In this document: positions 11,431-25,859 of the stretch, one piece after another
Layout: each line of letters starts with the position of its first letter
Position numbering within the stretch: position 1 is the first letter of the stretch
Assembly: GCF_006345805.1 (NCBI RefSeq)
Contig: NC_042997.1
Coordinates: 170,376,001-170,440,000 of the forward strand
Reading direction: 5' to 3'
Length of the DNA stretch: 64,000 nucleotides
Source of the DNA: Octopus sinensis
Taxonomy: Eukaryota
Made by a program: the position numbers and the translations under genes
The notes under the pieces: generated by a model
What the model saw: only the letters and a program-made list of their open reading frames with translations
The model's database searches: none
What the model was told of the DNA's origin: nothing

Positions 11431-12045
11431 CAAATAAGGAAATTAGTCACTTAAAACCAAACGTCTTATGGGTATAGGCCTAATGTCCTTTCTTTCTGAA
11501 TTAAAAGTTGTATGGTGTTTATCTCTTTGCTAGGTCAACTGAGAAATTTAGTATAACCCAGAATATAAACTGGTTCTTTCAGTCATCTTTCAGTATTGTT
11601 CCTTATCTGTTTATTTATTTCCTTTGATATCATTACAGTTTAACCCTAACCCTGCAATCTTAAGGATTTATTGTTTCTTTAGTCTTGGAGATGAAAATGG
11701 GATTTTAGCCTTTCAGTGAGCCAGTCAGGTGTTGTATTTGATTCTGTCAATATCTTATTAAATATCTGTTCTAGCACATATATCTCTATTAAATATTTTA
11801 ACCAAGACTTTTAGTGCTTAGCTTATTTCTTATTTTGTTATGGTCTCCCATCATTGTTCAGATTCTTTTATTTTTTTTACTTGTTTCCTTTATTGGTTTG
11901 TGGTCATGCTGGAGTGCTGCCTTGAAGGATTTAATTGAACAAATCATTTCCAGTAATTATTTTAAGTCTGGTACTTATTGTATTGGTCTTTATTGCTGAA
12001 CTGCTTAGTCACAGGGTTGTAAACAAACCAATGCCAGTTGTCAGA

Positions 12046-14262
12046 TAGCCAAAAGGGAAGCTAGGAGACAGGTATATATAGCCAAAGGAGTAGCAGAAAA
12101 GAAGAAGTTTGCCAATGTTCAGCAACGTGAGGGCCAAAGAACTGAAGTATTTTGGATTGCAAGACAGTGTGTGAAAGAAAAACCTGATGTCATAAGAGAG
12201 AAATGTGTCTGCATGGATGATGGTGCACTTGCTTTTAATGATTCTGCAAAGAAAGAGGCTTGGAGATGCAATTATGAAAGACTTCTGAATGTGGAGAATG
12301 AATGGGAGGAGTGTCTGCCAAAGGTTGACCCAGTTACGGGACCAGCAACCTGAATCGACAGTACCCTGGTAGATAAAGCAATTAAGGATATGAAGACAGG
12401 GAAAGCACTTGTCCCATCAGGAATCACTGCTGAGATGCTTAAAATATTGGTGGTGTGGGTTATGGTCTTGTCACCTGCATTGTAAATCAGGTAGTTCATG
12501 AAGGAGTCATACCCAATGACTGGTGTAGCAGCACCATAGTCAACTGCTACAAAGGTAAAGGTAATGCTTTAGATAGAAATAACTACAAGGGTCTCAAACT
12601 ATTGGGTCAGGTGATGAAAGTTACAGAGAGGATCAAAGCCCAACTAATTAGGGAGAGAGTTAGCCTAGATGAGATGCAGTTTGGTTTTGTGCCAGGCAGA
12701 AGCACCACTGATGCTGTATTTCTGGTAAGGCAATTGCAGGAGAAATATCTAGCTAAAGATAAACCTCTGTACTTGGCTTTTGTTGACTTGGAGAAAGCCT
12801 TTGACATAATCCCCTGATCCCTTATCTGGTGGTCAATACAGAAATGGGATAGATGAGTGGTTGGTAAGAGCTGTACAAGCCCTGTACAAGGATGCTGTCA
12901 GTAAGGTGAGGGTTGGCAACAACTATAGTGAAGAATTCCGGGTGGAAGCAGTGGTCCACCAATGATCAGTCCTCAGCCCCCTCTTATTCATTATAGTCCT
13001 CCAGGCAGTAACAGAGGAATTCAAGACAGGCTTCCCCCAGGAGCTCCTCTATGCTGATGACCTTGCTCTAATAGTTGAGTCACTGCCAGAACAAGAGACG
13101 AAGTTTAGGGTGTGAAAGCAAGGTCTAGAATTGAAGGGCCTTAGGGTTTAACCTAGTAAAAACCAAAGTTTTAGTAAGTAGGAAGGCAGACAAACCACAA
13201 ATCGCTTCAGGTAGATGGCGCTGCTTTATCTGTAGAAAAGGTGTGGGTAGAAACTCCATATGATATGCTCAGAGTAAGCTATGGATGTATAAAAGGTGCA
13301 GCAATATCAAAGGAAGGTTAAGATGTACAGAAAACAGATTCCATCATATGCCAGGGAGTAAAACTAGAAGTAGTTAATAGCTTCCGCTACCTAGACAACC
13401 AAGTCTGTAGTGGGAGTAATCAGAATAGCCTGAACAAAGTTCAGGGAGCTCATACCTCTGCTGGCAACTAAGGGACTTTCACTCAGGATGAAAGGTAGAT
13501 TGTAGATGCATGTGTGCAAACTGCCATGCTACATGGCAGTGAAACATGGGCCATGGCTGCTGAGGACATGCGTAGATTTGAAAGAAATGAAGTTAGTATG
13601 ATCTGCTGGATGTGTAATGTCAGTGTGCATACACGATAGAGTGTAAGCACCCTGAGAGAAAAGTTGGGGATAAGAAGCATCAAATGTGGTGTACAAGAGA
13701 GACGACTGTGCTGGTATGGTCATGTGTTACTTATGGTTGAGGACAGCTGTGTGAGGAAGTGCCACTCCCTAACTGTAGAAGGAACCTGTAGAAGAGGTAG
13801 ACCAAGGAAGACATGTGATGAGGTGGTGAAGCATGACCTTTGAACATTGGACCTCACAGAAGACTGAGACCTTTAGAGATATGCTGCAATTGAGAAGACC
13901 TGGCAACTAAAGTGAGGTCATAGCCATAGCTGATGCCATTGTTGCATGTCCGGCCCTTTAAAGAGTATTCCTGATGCGTTTGGTGATATGATATGGTTCC
14001 CATTTCAGTGGCGTGTAAAATGCATCATCCAAATGTGGTCGATGCCAGTACCCACTGACTGGCTCCCATGCTGGTGGCATGTAAAAAGCACCATTTGAAC
14101 GTGGCCAATGCCAGTACCTTCTGACTGGCTCCCGTGCTGGTGGCACATAAAAAGCACACCATCTGAATGTGGCTGATGCCAGTACCTCCTGACTGGCTTC
14201 TGTGCTGGGGACACATTAAGAGCACCCACTACACTTTCAGAATGGTTGGCATTAGGAAGGGT
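12046..14262 (+). mobile_element. Older, frameshifted RTE LINE (RT region plus 3' UTR units)
   Basis: QFGFVPGRSTTDAVFLVRQLQEKYLAKDKPLYLAFVDLEKAFD; LLYADD codons near 13055; stops and frameshifts. Confidence 0.9.
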
Positions 14263-14714
14263 TGAACATCCAATAGCAACACAACAGCTGAATTTCCTGT
14301 CAACAATATATAGAATATAAGTGTGTATTTAGGCACTGTTGATGCAAATAGGCAACAGAAGCAGTATTAATTCCAAAAGGCAATCTTTATCTTCAGTGCA
14401 ACGTGGAGATTGTGTTAGAAAACAGAATACTGCATTATTTACCTTGAGATGACATCTCATATGGGCTTGCTGCTATTTGCAATATCAGTGCCTGAATAGA
14501 CACTGATATTCTATAAATCATTGATGGGAGATTCAGCTGTTACGTTGCTACTGGATGTGTGTCACTGAGGAGCTCAAAACACCTTGATCATGTGATATGA
14601 GAGAACCTCTCAAGGTAAATAATGTAGTATTCTGTGTTCTAACATAATGTCCATGTTATGTTGGAGATAAAGATTGCCTTTTGATATTAATACAGTTTCC
14701 GTTGCTATTAACTA

Positions 14715-15250
14715 TCATCATCATCACCATTGTTTAGCATCCATCTTCTATAGGTAGGATGGTTGACAGCAGCTGGTCAGATAGAAAATCTATCCTAGGC
14801 TACTGTGTCTGTTTTGGCAGGGATTTTATGGCTGGATGCCCTTCCTAACTCTAACCTCTCTACAGAATGTAGTCAGTGCTTTTTATGTGGCACTAACACA
14901 GGCGAAGTTAGTTTTAGCATGATTTTTGCAGCTGGATGCCCTTCCAAATACCAACTACATTATAGTGTGGACTGGATGCTTTTAATGTGACACTTGCACT
15001 GGCAGGGTAACCAAGTAACTTGCCAGATAAAGAATTATGTGAGGCGCAGAGGCATTTGAGGAGGAGAACTTGTATTAGAGGATGAAAGGTTAGAGTGTGA
15101 CAAAGAGACAGAGAGACAGAAGCAGGTGTCTTGCCACAACAGAGGTGGCATTAGAGAAGGTGATCCAGTATCAGATGATAAAAGGTTAGAGTGAACAGAG
15201 AAACAGAGGTCAAAATAGGTGTCTTGCTATAGAGGAGGTACATGGTTACC
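14715..15250 (-). mobile_element. Older non-autonomous family sharing the RTE tail; further copies near 22470-22800, 23930-24350, 33075-33480, 37780-38040 and 54265-54520
   Basis: shared ctggatgcccttcctaatgccaacc segment plus common ggtgtcttgctgtagaggagatacatgg segment. Confidence 0.65.
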
Positions 15251-15273
15251 CAGTGAGAGATAGATAGATATAT

Positions 15274-15307
<34 letters not shown>

Positions 15308-15429
15308 GTACAAGAAAGAAGCCAGAAACAAGTGTGCTGATGTAAAGGAGATACTTGGTTACTTTCTTGTGTCTCCTTCTGCAGGTACTATCTCCTTTCA
15401 GTGACAAGCACATCTGTATACAGCTGTAT

Positions 15430-16440
15430 TCACTCATGCATCATGTCCAAACTAATGTATTATCCTTTCCTTGCTACCACATTTAATCCCTCTTATGCCT
15501 AAATTTTCTCTCAACACAGTTGTGCTTTATCAGTCATTCACACTAATGTTGCAAATCCAATGGAGCATACTACCTTCATTTCTCTCCAGTCTACATATGT
15601 CCTCTGCAGTCAGAGGCCATGTCTCATTACCATGTAATGTAGCCATTCTCACAGAAGCATCATACAGTCTACCTTTCACTCTGAGAGAGAGTCCTTTTGC
15701 TGCCAACAGAAATAGTAGTTCTCTGAACTTCATTCTATTCTTATTTTAGAAACAGTACCTTCAGAGCATCCACCACCATTTACTAATTTGGTGACATAAA
15801 TAGCATTTGAGGGAGTTTAAGTGCCTTGTGCTCTTAGTACTTATTGTTCCTGCACATCTGCCACATGAAAGCGACCTTATCTGATAACCTGTTCACGATT
15901 TCACTGCATCTCTTGTTGAGCAGGGCCATTTACCCGCTGGAATGAGAGTCTTATCTCCTTTCTTGCTAACAACAACTTTAGTCTTGGCTAAGTTAACTTT
16001 AAGACCCTTTGATTCCAGGTTTTGCTTCCAAACCCAGAACTTCTCCAATTCTGCTTTAAATTCTGCAATAAGAGTAAGATCATCAGCATATAGTAGTTCC
16101 CATGGGCATTCAGTTTTGAATTCATCTGTTATGGCCTGGAGAACTGTGATAAATAAGAGTGACTAAGAACTGATCCCTGGTGTACTCCACCTTGTATGTT
16201 AAATTCATCACTGTATTCAAGGCCAACTCTCACCTTATTGACAGCATCACTGTACATGACTTGAAAAGCTTTAACAAGCCACTCCTCTGCTCCTAGCTCG
16301 AAAGCTTTTTCCAGGTCAACAAAGGCTAAGTACAATGGCTTACTTTTGGCCAAATATTTTTCTTACAACTGTCTCACTATGAAGATGGCATCTGTAGTAC
16401 TTCTACTTAGAACAAAACCAAATTGCATCTCATCTAGTTT
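15430..16440 (-). mobile_element. Degenerate RTE LINE fragment
   Basis: KFRELL...KGLSLRVKGRLYDASVR and KPLYLAFVDLEKAF translations on the minus strand. Confidence 0.85.
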
Positions 16441-18867
16441 AATTTAATTTAGGAGCATATGAAAAAAATCATACTATTCTATTCTACATACTAGCATAAA
16501 ACATAGAAGAATTCATAAGTTCCCGCAGAACAATTTAGATTAGTACGAATTCTATGTTTTATGTTAGTATGTAGAATAGAACAGTATGATATGTATATAT
16601 GATATATATAATCATTTAACATTCACTTTCCATGCTTATATAGGTCAGATAGTATTTATTGAGGCAGATTTTCTATAACCAGGTGCCCTTCCTGTTACCA
16701 ACTACTCTCACACATATAAAACAGATTTAGTTAAACTCTTTTATTGTACCATCATAAATTGCATGATCTTTACACATGAAAAATTAACAGCATGTTGTGC
16801 AGTAATCATCACATAGATGATCACATAATCACCTTGAAATGCCAGATCTTCAGAAGAAACTACTAATTTAATCCATTGATATTTACCAACTCCAGTTGGT
16901 AAACAGAGTTAAATGAGAACTGTGTGTAAATTAAGTAGAACATTCGATATACAACATTTAAGAAAAGGAATTTTATTATTATTTTATTAGTGGGATAAAG
17001 ATAGAAAGAAAAAGGGATGGATAACAGCTGTAGTCAGCATGCATGGAATAAAGAAATTTGACATGTAAACCATTGTAGATCAAAGTAATCTTCAAGTTAA
17101 TCATGATAAATAGCTAAGAATTTAGTAGTTGATAAAAATAAGTTGGACAGTACATATTCACTCATGCACACTCACACCTATATACACATATAATTTTTTA
17201 TTCCCTTACACCTACCATCATATGTATATATACATTTAAGCATACGCATAGTATACATATATAAGAACTTTAATTAATTTTATTCTTAGATTCTCTACTA
17301 GTTACACTGCTAATGTGGTTGGTAATATTAGATCTGATTATATTAGCATTATCATTTCCTTGTTTAGTTGCAATATTTTTATAATTAGAAAGTTGATTAA
17401 AGGGTTGTGTAGCATATTTATGTTTTGTATGCTTATGTGTAAAAATGACTTTAAAATTAGAATTATTTTGTATCAGAAAGTAATACATTGGATCTTTTCT
17501 TCAAAATAAACTTTTCAATAGAGTGCCGTTAATAAAACTATAATGTTAAGTTTCTTGTATTACTCCCATCTTTATAGCTAATCTGGGTTTCCACAGAGTG
17601 GGTTCCACAGTGAGTTTGCTTGTGAGTAATATTGACTGTAGTAGGCACCACAAGGATCATCTGTTCCAGCTCTACTGGCATGCTTGGTACTGTATCTCAC
17701 AAGTTTGCCTCTGTTAGGAGCTGCTATCATGGTGGCTATGTTGGGGGAAAGACCCTATCAAGAATCTGGAAGAATAACCTGGGGATATTAATTTTAACAT
17801 CATGAGTGAAGGGTGGGTCAAACCATGTGCTGATTCCTCCATCTTCTCCCAGTGTTGGAACATATATCTCCCTCAGAAGAGATGTGATATGTTCTCAGCC
17901 CCTCCAAAACTCTGCTAGACTTGGAATTTTGAGCCAACCCATTTGTGCTCCTGAGTTCACCATAGTGAAGGCAGTGGTTGGTTCTCCCAGGAGAACCAGG
18001 AGTATTAAATTAAGGAAGTTGTGGGGAGAGTCCTCTAGGTGTTCCTCAAAAGTTTTGAGCTTGCAGCTCCATCTTGGGAAATGGCATTGCACAGGGCCAC
18101 CTTGGAACACTTCATAATTGTATCCCTATTAACCTTACATTTCTTAAAGATTCATATATGGAAGAATTTAAATCTAAACAAGGACATCTTTCCTTCCTTC
18201 CTTCCTTCCTTTCTTCTTTCCTTCCTTCCTTCCTACCTACCTACCTACCTACTCACCCACCCATGCTTAAATGCTTACAGATATGTGTGTATATAGTTAA
18301 TTACTTCCTTAAATAATTTTAAATTCATCACTACTTGAATTAAATAAAATGTTATATTTACGTGAACTTCAGTTAATTTGAATTACACAGATTGTTGGTT
18401 TGGTTTCTTTCTATGAAATTGTGTACAAGTTAATGTATCTGTTATCACCACATAATTGTATTCACTTAAGCTGATCATGTTTTCACATTCAAATTATCTT
18501 TTTTTATTGTAAACTTTGTTGACTTTTTTTTTTCCAAAGCAGGCTTAATTAAGATAATACTGTTAGAACATATTTAATTAATTTCATACCAAAAGAGTAG
18601 AGTTAATTAATTTGATACTGACAGGAAAAAAAAAATTTAAATATTAATGACTGTTAATCTCATCTCTGCCACTTCTCTATAAATCTGTGTAAAACAAAAT
18701 GCTTACGTCACATTGTCAAAATGTATTATAATTACACTTACAAAAACCTGCAAAAGTTGTGTTTTATAGAAGAAGAATATATTGGTAGTAATAATAGTTT
18801 AAACTGTAATCATTCTCATCATTCTACATCAGTATTCCATGCTGGCATGAGTTGGATGAGTCAATTC

Positions 18868-19110
18868 TTCATCATCATCATCATCATCATTTAACGTCCG
18901 CTTTCCATGCTAGCATGGGTTGGAGGATTTGACTGAGGACTGGCGAACCAGATGGTTGCACCAGACTCCAATCTGATCTGGCAGAGTTTCTACGGCTGGA
19001 TGCCCTTCCTAACGCCAACCACTCTGAGAGTGTAGTGGGTGCTTTTACATGCCACTGGCACGAGGGCCAGTCAGGCAGTACTGGCAGCGGCCATGTTCAA
19101 TGGTGCTTTT
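18868..19110 (-). mobile_element. RTE 3'-tail fragment
   Basis: shared tail sequence. Confidence 0.85.
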
Positions 19111-19395
19111 CATTTGAAGTTATTTCCCTCTTGGATATATTGAAAGACTGCATCTTGCTCATAGTTTCATTTTTGGTTTGGTTTTTATGGCCAACAATTG
19201 ACCAACAACTCTCTCTTTTTATATATATATATATATATACGTGTGTGTGGTGTGTGTGCATGTTTGTGTGTGTGGTTATGTGTATATACTAGAATGAATA
19301 CTATCTTAAAGGCAGCGTATTTGGTTTTATGTATGATAATTAATTAATGCATGTTTTTGTTATATGTATGTGTGTGCGTGTGAGTGTGTGTGTGT

Positions 19396-19625
19396 GTGGA
19401 GGTGCATAGCTTAGTGGTTAGGGCATTGGACTCATGGTCATAAGATTATGGTTTCAATTCCTGGACTGGGTGATGTGCTGTGTTCTTGAGCAAAACACTT
19501 CATTTCATGTTACTCCAGTCCACTCAGCTGGTAAAAATGAGTAATCCTGAGGTAGACCAGCATCCCATCCTGGGTGGAATATATACACCAGAGAAGCCAG
19601 GAAACCACCCCTTTGCTCTTTATGG
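19396..19625 (+). mobile_element. tRNA-headed SINE, family C (degenerate)
   Basis: A-box-like gcttagtggttagg, B-box-like ggtttcaattcc, CORE-like gttcttgagcaaaacactt. Confidence 0.65.
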
Positions 19626-19929
19626 AGTAATGTGGACTAACCACACAAGCACGCATGCACACACACATTTATATATATGCATGTGTGTTTGTTTGTTACC
19701 CTTTTTTTTTCTATTCGCAGTATTTATAAATCCCTCTTATTTTTCCATATTCTTTTCAATAATCTTCCTCTCTTTCTCCACAATAGCCTATTGACATTAG
19801 AATTTATACTGTTCCATATTAAAATAGACACTGTCTCCAACCTCACTCATCCCTTCATTCTGCTTCCAGTTCTCTCTACTTCTCTTATTCCTTTCTCTTT
19901 TTTAAGTCAGGTTTTTATCTTGATATCTT

Positions 19930-21569
19930 TTATCATAGTCCTCCAGGCAATAACGGAGGAATTCAAGACAGGATGCCCTGGGAGCTCCTCTATGCTGATG
20001 ACCTTGCTCTAATTGCTGAGTCGCTATCAGAACTGGAGGAGAAGTTTCAGGTGTGGAAACAAGGATTAGAATCGAAGGGCCTCAGAGTCAATCTAGCTAA
20101 AACCAAAGTCGTAATCAGTAGGAAGGTAGACAAATCACAAACACCTTCAGGTAGATGGCCCTGCTCGATCTGTAGAAAAGGTGTAGGTAGAAACTCTATA
20201 AGATGCACCAAGTGTAAGCTATGGACACATAAGAGATGCAGCAATGTCAAAGGAAGGCTAACTAGGAAGATGGTTTTTGTATGTGGCAGATGCTCAGGAA
20301 CAATAAACACTGAAAATGCTCTGAGACCAACTTCCGTCACTTTCCAGGGAGAGAAAAACTAGAAATAGTTGATAGTTTCCGTTACCTAGGTGACCAGTCA
20401 GCAGCGGGGGCGGGTGTGTGTGCTGAAAGTGTAACTGCTAGAGTAAGAATAGCTGGGCAAAGTTCAGAGAGCTCTTACCTCTGCTGGTGACAAAAGGCCT
20501 CTCGCACAGAGTGAGTGAAAGGCAGACTGTATGATGCGTGTGTACGAACAGCCATGCTACATGGCAGTGAAACATGGGCCGTGACTGCTGAGGATATGCG
20601 TAAGCTCGCTAGAAATGAAGCCAGTATGCTCCGATGGATGTGTAATGCGGTACTCACACTCGGCAGAGTGTAAGTACCTTGAGAGAAAAGCTGGACCTAA
20701 GAAGCATCAGTTGTGGTGTGCAAGAGAGACGTTTGCGCTGGTATGGTCATGTGGCGAGAATGGATGAAGATAGTTGTGTGAAAAAGTGCCACACCCTAGC
20801 GGTTGAGGGAAACCTGTGGAAGAGGCAGACCCAGGAAAACCTGGGATGAGGTGGTGAAGCACGACCTTCGAACTTTAGGTCTCACTGAGGAAATGACTAG
20901 AGACCGAGACCTCTGGAAGTGTGCTGTGCCGCGAGAAGACCCGGCAGGACAAGTGAGTCCACAAACCGTGGCCTTCTACATGGGATGGAGCCAGCCTACG
21001 TATGCTACCTTCCCTTCTTGGGACACAAAACTCTACTGTGAGGACGTGTTGAGGCAAGTGAGGATCAGAATCGAAATCGATCAATGGAAATTGCGGATGT
21101 GCTACCAGTGCCGGTGGCATGTCGAAACTCTGCTTGTGAAGACCCATTGAGGCAAGTGAGGATCAGAATCGAAATCGATCAATGGAAATCGATCAATGGA
21201 AATTGCAGATGTGTTACCAGTGCCGGTGGCATGTAAGAGAACTTTCCGTTTCGCGACCGTTGCCAGCACCGCCCCGTTTCGTGTCCGTTGCCAGCCTCGC
21301 CTGGCCTCGTGCCGGTGGCATAAAAAGCACCATCCGTTCGTGGCCGTTTGCCAGCTCTGTCTGGCACCAGTGCGGGTGGCACGTAAAAAGCACCCACTAC
21401 ACTCACGGAGTGGTTGGCGTTAGGAAGGGCATCCAGCCGTAGAAACACTGCCAGATTTGACTGGGCCTGATGAAACCTTCTGGCTTCACAGACCCCAGTA
21501 GAACCGGCCAACCCATGCTAGCATGGAAAACGGACGCTAAATGATGATGATGATGATGATGATGATGAT
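19930..21569 (+). mobile_element. 5'-truncated RTE LINE with frameshifts, full 3' UTR and (GAT)n tail
   Basis: PWELLYADDLALIA...CSICRKGVGRNSIRCTKC; GRGRPRKTWDEVVKHDL. Confidence 0.93.
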
Positions 21570-22142
21570 CTTATGCTTTCTTTCTTTTTTTTTTGTCGTA
21601 TTTACATTCAATCCCTTGCACATACTCTATACAACCAGAAGGAATTCTGGACAGAAAATAAATTATTTTAAAATATACATAACTTACTGTAGTTGTTATT
21701 TAGTCATTAACTAGTAGACATATGATAAAAATATTTTAGGTGTAACTATTTTTCTTTTCTTTTCTTTTTTTTGAAACTCGGACTATTAAAACTGTAGTGT
21801 ATTTTGAGGAAGATTTGGCTGCTACTTTTCGCATATTGAGCTGCTCATGTTGAGGCTGGCATCTCTGCCCATATGAGTTCATGCTAATTGTATTGTGTGC
21901 AGGTGTGAGTGTATGCACTTGCACTGCATTAGTCAATGTGTGTGTATTGGTCTCACTGTGTGCCTGTATGTTGATGTTATGGTGTGTTATTTCAATGAGA
22001 TTTGGTATTTTTATTAGGTTTAGCTATCATCATTCATTGACAGAAACCCATCCATACATTCATACATACACACAGTATAATGTGTGATTTAAGAGGGCAC
22101 TACTGTTTCTATCAGGTGTGAATGGTCTGTTGTGATTGCAAA

Positions 22143-22398
22143 TCATCATCATCATCATCATTGTTTAACGTCCGTTTTCCATGCTAGCATGGGTTGGACG
22201 GTTCGACCGGGGTCTGGGAAACCAGGAGGCTGCACCAGGCTCCAGTCTGATCTGGCAGTGTTTCTATAGCTGGATGCCCTTCCTAACGCCAACCACTTTG
22301 TGAGTGTAGTGGGTGCTTTTTACGTGCCACCGGCACAGGTGCCAGGGGAAGCTGGCAATGACCACAATCAGTTGGTCTTTTTTATGTGCCACCGGCAA
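22143..22398 (-). mobile_element. RTE 3'-tail fragment
   Basis: shared tail sequence. Confidence 0.85.
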
Positions 22399-23019
22399 TA
22401 AATGCAATTTAAAAAATTATTCTAATATGTGCAGTAAATTTAAGCAAGTGATTTAATTGGTCATGCCCTCATCATTTAACATCTTCCTTCCATGCTCACA
22501 TGGGTTGGATGGTTTGACAAGAGCTGGTAAGTCAGAAGATTGTACTAATCTCAACTGTCTATTTTGGCATGGTTTCTATAGCTGGATGCCCTTCCTAATG
22601 TCAACCACTTTACAGAATGTACTGGATACGTTTTATTTGGCATCAGCAGCAGTGAGAACAATAAGTAACTTGCATGACAAGATCCCTCAACTGACTGGGA
22701 GAGAGCATTGAGAGAGGTGGCTGTGTGCCATTGGCATGAATAGATGTCTTGCAGTAGAGGAGATACATGGCTACATCAGTTGGAGACAATAGAGAGAGTG
22801 ACAGGGAGGTGGGTATAATTGAAGTGGAACCAGGGATTGGGTAGAGTGAGTGGATGGGTAAGTTTACAAGAGTGTGAAAGGAGTGTGGGAGAGGGAGGGG
22901 GATGTTGCAAGTGGACACAGGTAGAGAGAGGGTGTGTTAGGATATTTTGTGGGGAAGATATTTGACTGGAACAAGGACCTGATCTACACACACACATGCT
23001 TCAGTATGTGTGTCTGTGG

Positions 23020-23054
<35 letters not shown>

Positions 23055-23399
23055 CGTGTGTGTATGTATCCATACATACCCAATCTCATACATACATCAA
23101 TGTTAGATATTCATAGTAATGGTTTTCTTATTTCGTTGACTTTTCTATGTTTTTCTGTAAAAGTTTCCTCTGTTTTGACAGAATGCAAGAAAGCATTCAG
23201 TCTTAGAAAGAGACTTTTTTTTATAAAAATGTTAGGAAGATGTGTACTAGTGATTTAGCTAATGAAAGCTTTCCAGTTACAACCATTAGGAACAACATAG
23301 CCTAATATATCCTGTTTTTAAGGATATAGGATGTTATCTGAAGAAGCCTTAGGTGCTGTTTCTAGCAGGTTGACCTACTGCATAGAAGTTCTTTTAGTT

Positions 23400-23729
23400 G
23401 TTTATGTTTAGCTGGTGGCACATGAAAAAACATTCAAGCGAGGTCATTGCCAGTGCCGCTGGATTGGCTCCTGTGCAGGTGGCACATAAAAAGCACCATT
23501 TGAGTGTGGCCATTACCAGTATCGCCTGTCTGGCCCCCATGCTGGTGGCATGTAAAAGCACCCACTACACTCTCGGAGTGGTTGGCATTAGGAAAGGCAT
23601 CCAGCTGTAGAAACTCTGCCAGATCAGATTGGAGTCTGGTGCAGCCATCTGGTTCACCAGACCTCAGTCAAATTGTCCAACCCATGCTAGCATGGAAAGC
23701 GGACGTTAAATGATGATGACGATGATGAT
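23400..23729 (+). mobile_element. RTE 3'-tail fragment (sense)
   Basis: UTR units, tail and (GAT)n. Confidence 0.85.
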
Positions 23730-24699
23730 TAGCAACTTGTTGCTAAACAACATCAATTGTAAAAATTGCTCAATGTGTTCTTCCTATCTTTTTTAAATAT
23801 CTGTTCTTCCTATTTTTTTATATATCAGAAACACACATATACACAGACACACACATATACACAGACACACACATATACACAAACATGCTGAAGCATGTGT
23901 GTGTGTAGATGAGGTCTATGTCCTAGTTTAATGTCTTCCCAACAACATATCCTAGCACCCTCTCTCTACCTGTGTCCACTTACTACATTCCTCCTCCCAC
24001 TCTCTTTTCACAATCTTGCAAACTTAAAAAATCCCTGGTTCCACTTCACTTATACACACCTCCCTATCACTCTCTTCACTGTCTCCAACCGAGGTAGCTG
24101 TGTATCTCCTCTACTGCAAGACATCTGTTTATATCTGTCTCTCTATTCCTATTCTAATTTCTCATCAACTGGCACAAAGCCACCTCTCTCAATACTCTCT
24201 CCCAGTCAGTTGAGGGGTCTTGTTTTGCAAGTTACTTGGTGTCCTCACTGCTGCTGGTTCCAGATAAAAAGTACCCAATACATTCTGTTGAGTGATTGAC
24301 ATTAGGAAGGGCATCCAGCTGTAGAAACTATGCCAAAGTAGACAGTTGAGATTAGTACAATGTATAGAAATACAATTACACACTGATTAATGTGCCTGTC
24401 TATGTGCATATACACACACCCAATGCAATTTACATGGACTCATAGTGGCCAAAATAGATTCCAGATTCTCAGCAGTTGCTCAAGCTGCTTGAAATAACAG
24501 TTTGAACTTATACTTCAACTGGATAAATTGTGCAAAACATCTTGCTCAAGGTTAATCATACAATACATATAGAAAGATATTGATCTTCAGCCCACCAGGC
24601 CTTTAAGACAATATCTCTCATTCTTATATATAAAGATATGTACTGAAGATAATTATCTTCTTAATGATCCTGCAAGTGATGCTTTAGAATTCATCTTGT

Positions 24700-25060
24700 A
24701 ATTATTCAGTTGTAAAAACTTTTAATTAGATAGAATTATTTCTAATGATCCAGACATAATCATTGTTAGTGACTAGCTTAAATTATTTTTGTTAATTTAT
24801 CTGAAATTATTTGTACTGATTCTTCTAAAACCTACTAACACATTCCAGCCTCTGGAACAGATCTGTCTCCTCTCTCTGCCCTGGTTGCTGACTCTTGGTA
24901 TCAGCCAATCTTTCGTAACCTTCACTCAGGTACTCCTGTCTCCACCTATATTGTGTTTACCCCATCTTAACAGCCAACCCTTTTCCTCCAGAATATTGGC
25001 CCTCTGGAATTCCCTTCTCACAACTGTTCAAGAATATTAGCCATGTTGACGTCACTAGTC
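24700..25060 (+). mobile_element. Highly decayed CR1/L2-like LINE 3' end
   Basis: PHLNSQPFSSRILALWNSL resembles the CR1 terminal FFSxRVVxLWNSLP motif. Confidence 0.45.
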
Positions 25061-25213
25061 TCAGTGGGCTTGCAAAGTTTCTTCTTCCAGGATAATAAAA
25101 AGACAAACTGTTTTTGAACATGTTTGTATGAAATTTTAATGTTCTTATTGCACTATTTTAGAGTTTTGTGTAGCTTTTTGATTAAACCAGTTGTATTTAA
25201 TTTTATATATATA

Positions 25214-25244
<31 letters not shown>

Positions 25245-25543
25245 CAAGTGTCTTCTGCTATAGCCCTGGGCCGACCAATGCCTTGTGAGTGGATTTGGTA
25301 GACGGAAACTGAAAGAAGCCTGTCGTATATATGTATATATATATATATGTTTGTGTGCCTGTGTTTGTCCCTGATGCTGGTGTGTTTACGTCCCCGTCAC
25401 TTAGCGGTTCGGCAAAAAGAGACCGATAGAATAAGTACTGGGCTTACAAAGAATAAGTCCCGGGGTCGATTTGCTCGACTAAAGGTGGTGCTCCAGCATG
25501 GCCGCAGTCAAATGATTGAAACAAGTAAAAGAGTAAAAGAGTA
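25245..25543 (+). mobile_element. SINE family A (5'-truncated), internal (TA)n, (GAGTAAAA)n tail
   Basis: near-identical to 62818-63230. Confidence 0.88.
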
Positions 25544-25648
25544 ATATATATATATATATATATATATAGATAGATATATATATATATATATATAGATAGA
25601 TATATACATACATACATATCTCATATTCTACATCTTCAAATATTTCAG

Positions 25649-25760
25649 GATTCAACTCTAGCAATTTCAATTGACATTGAACCCTCATTTATTGCTTTGG
25701 GCCCATCACATCTTGCTGTTGGCATGAACAATATAGCATGGTTTTACCATCTTGGAAAAG
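25649..25760 (+). CDS. WDR19: WDR19 exon, [37 protein letters not shown]
   Basis: tatttcag / AAG|gtgagt; matches [26 protein letters not shown]; 112 nt; not in ORF track. Confidence 0.96.
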
Positions 25761-25859
25761 GTGAGTTAATAAATTTTTCAGTTGAGAAAAAAGTTCATTT
25801 TTGTTGTTAAATATCTTGTTAGAACATCTCTGTACTCACTAAGAATAATTTGAATCTGA

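Noticed and set aside
17560-18120. GC-richer non-repetitive block with ORFs on both strands (similar blocks at 6100-6700 and 41790-41990)
   Set aside because: No recognisable motif or splice-consistent frame; probably old TE debris and cannot be assigned without a database search.
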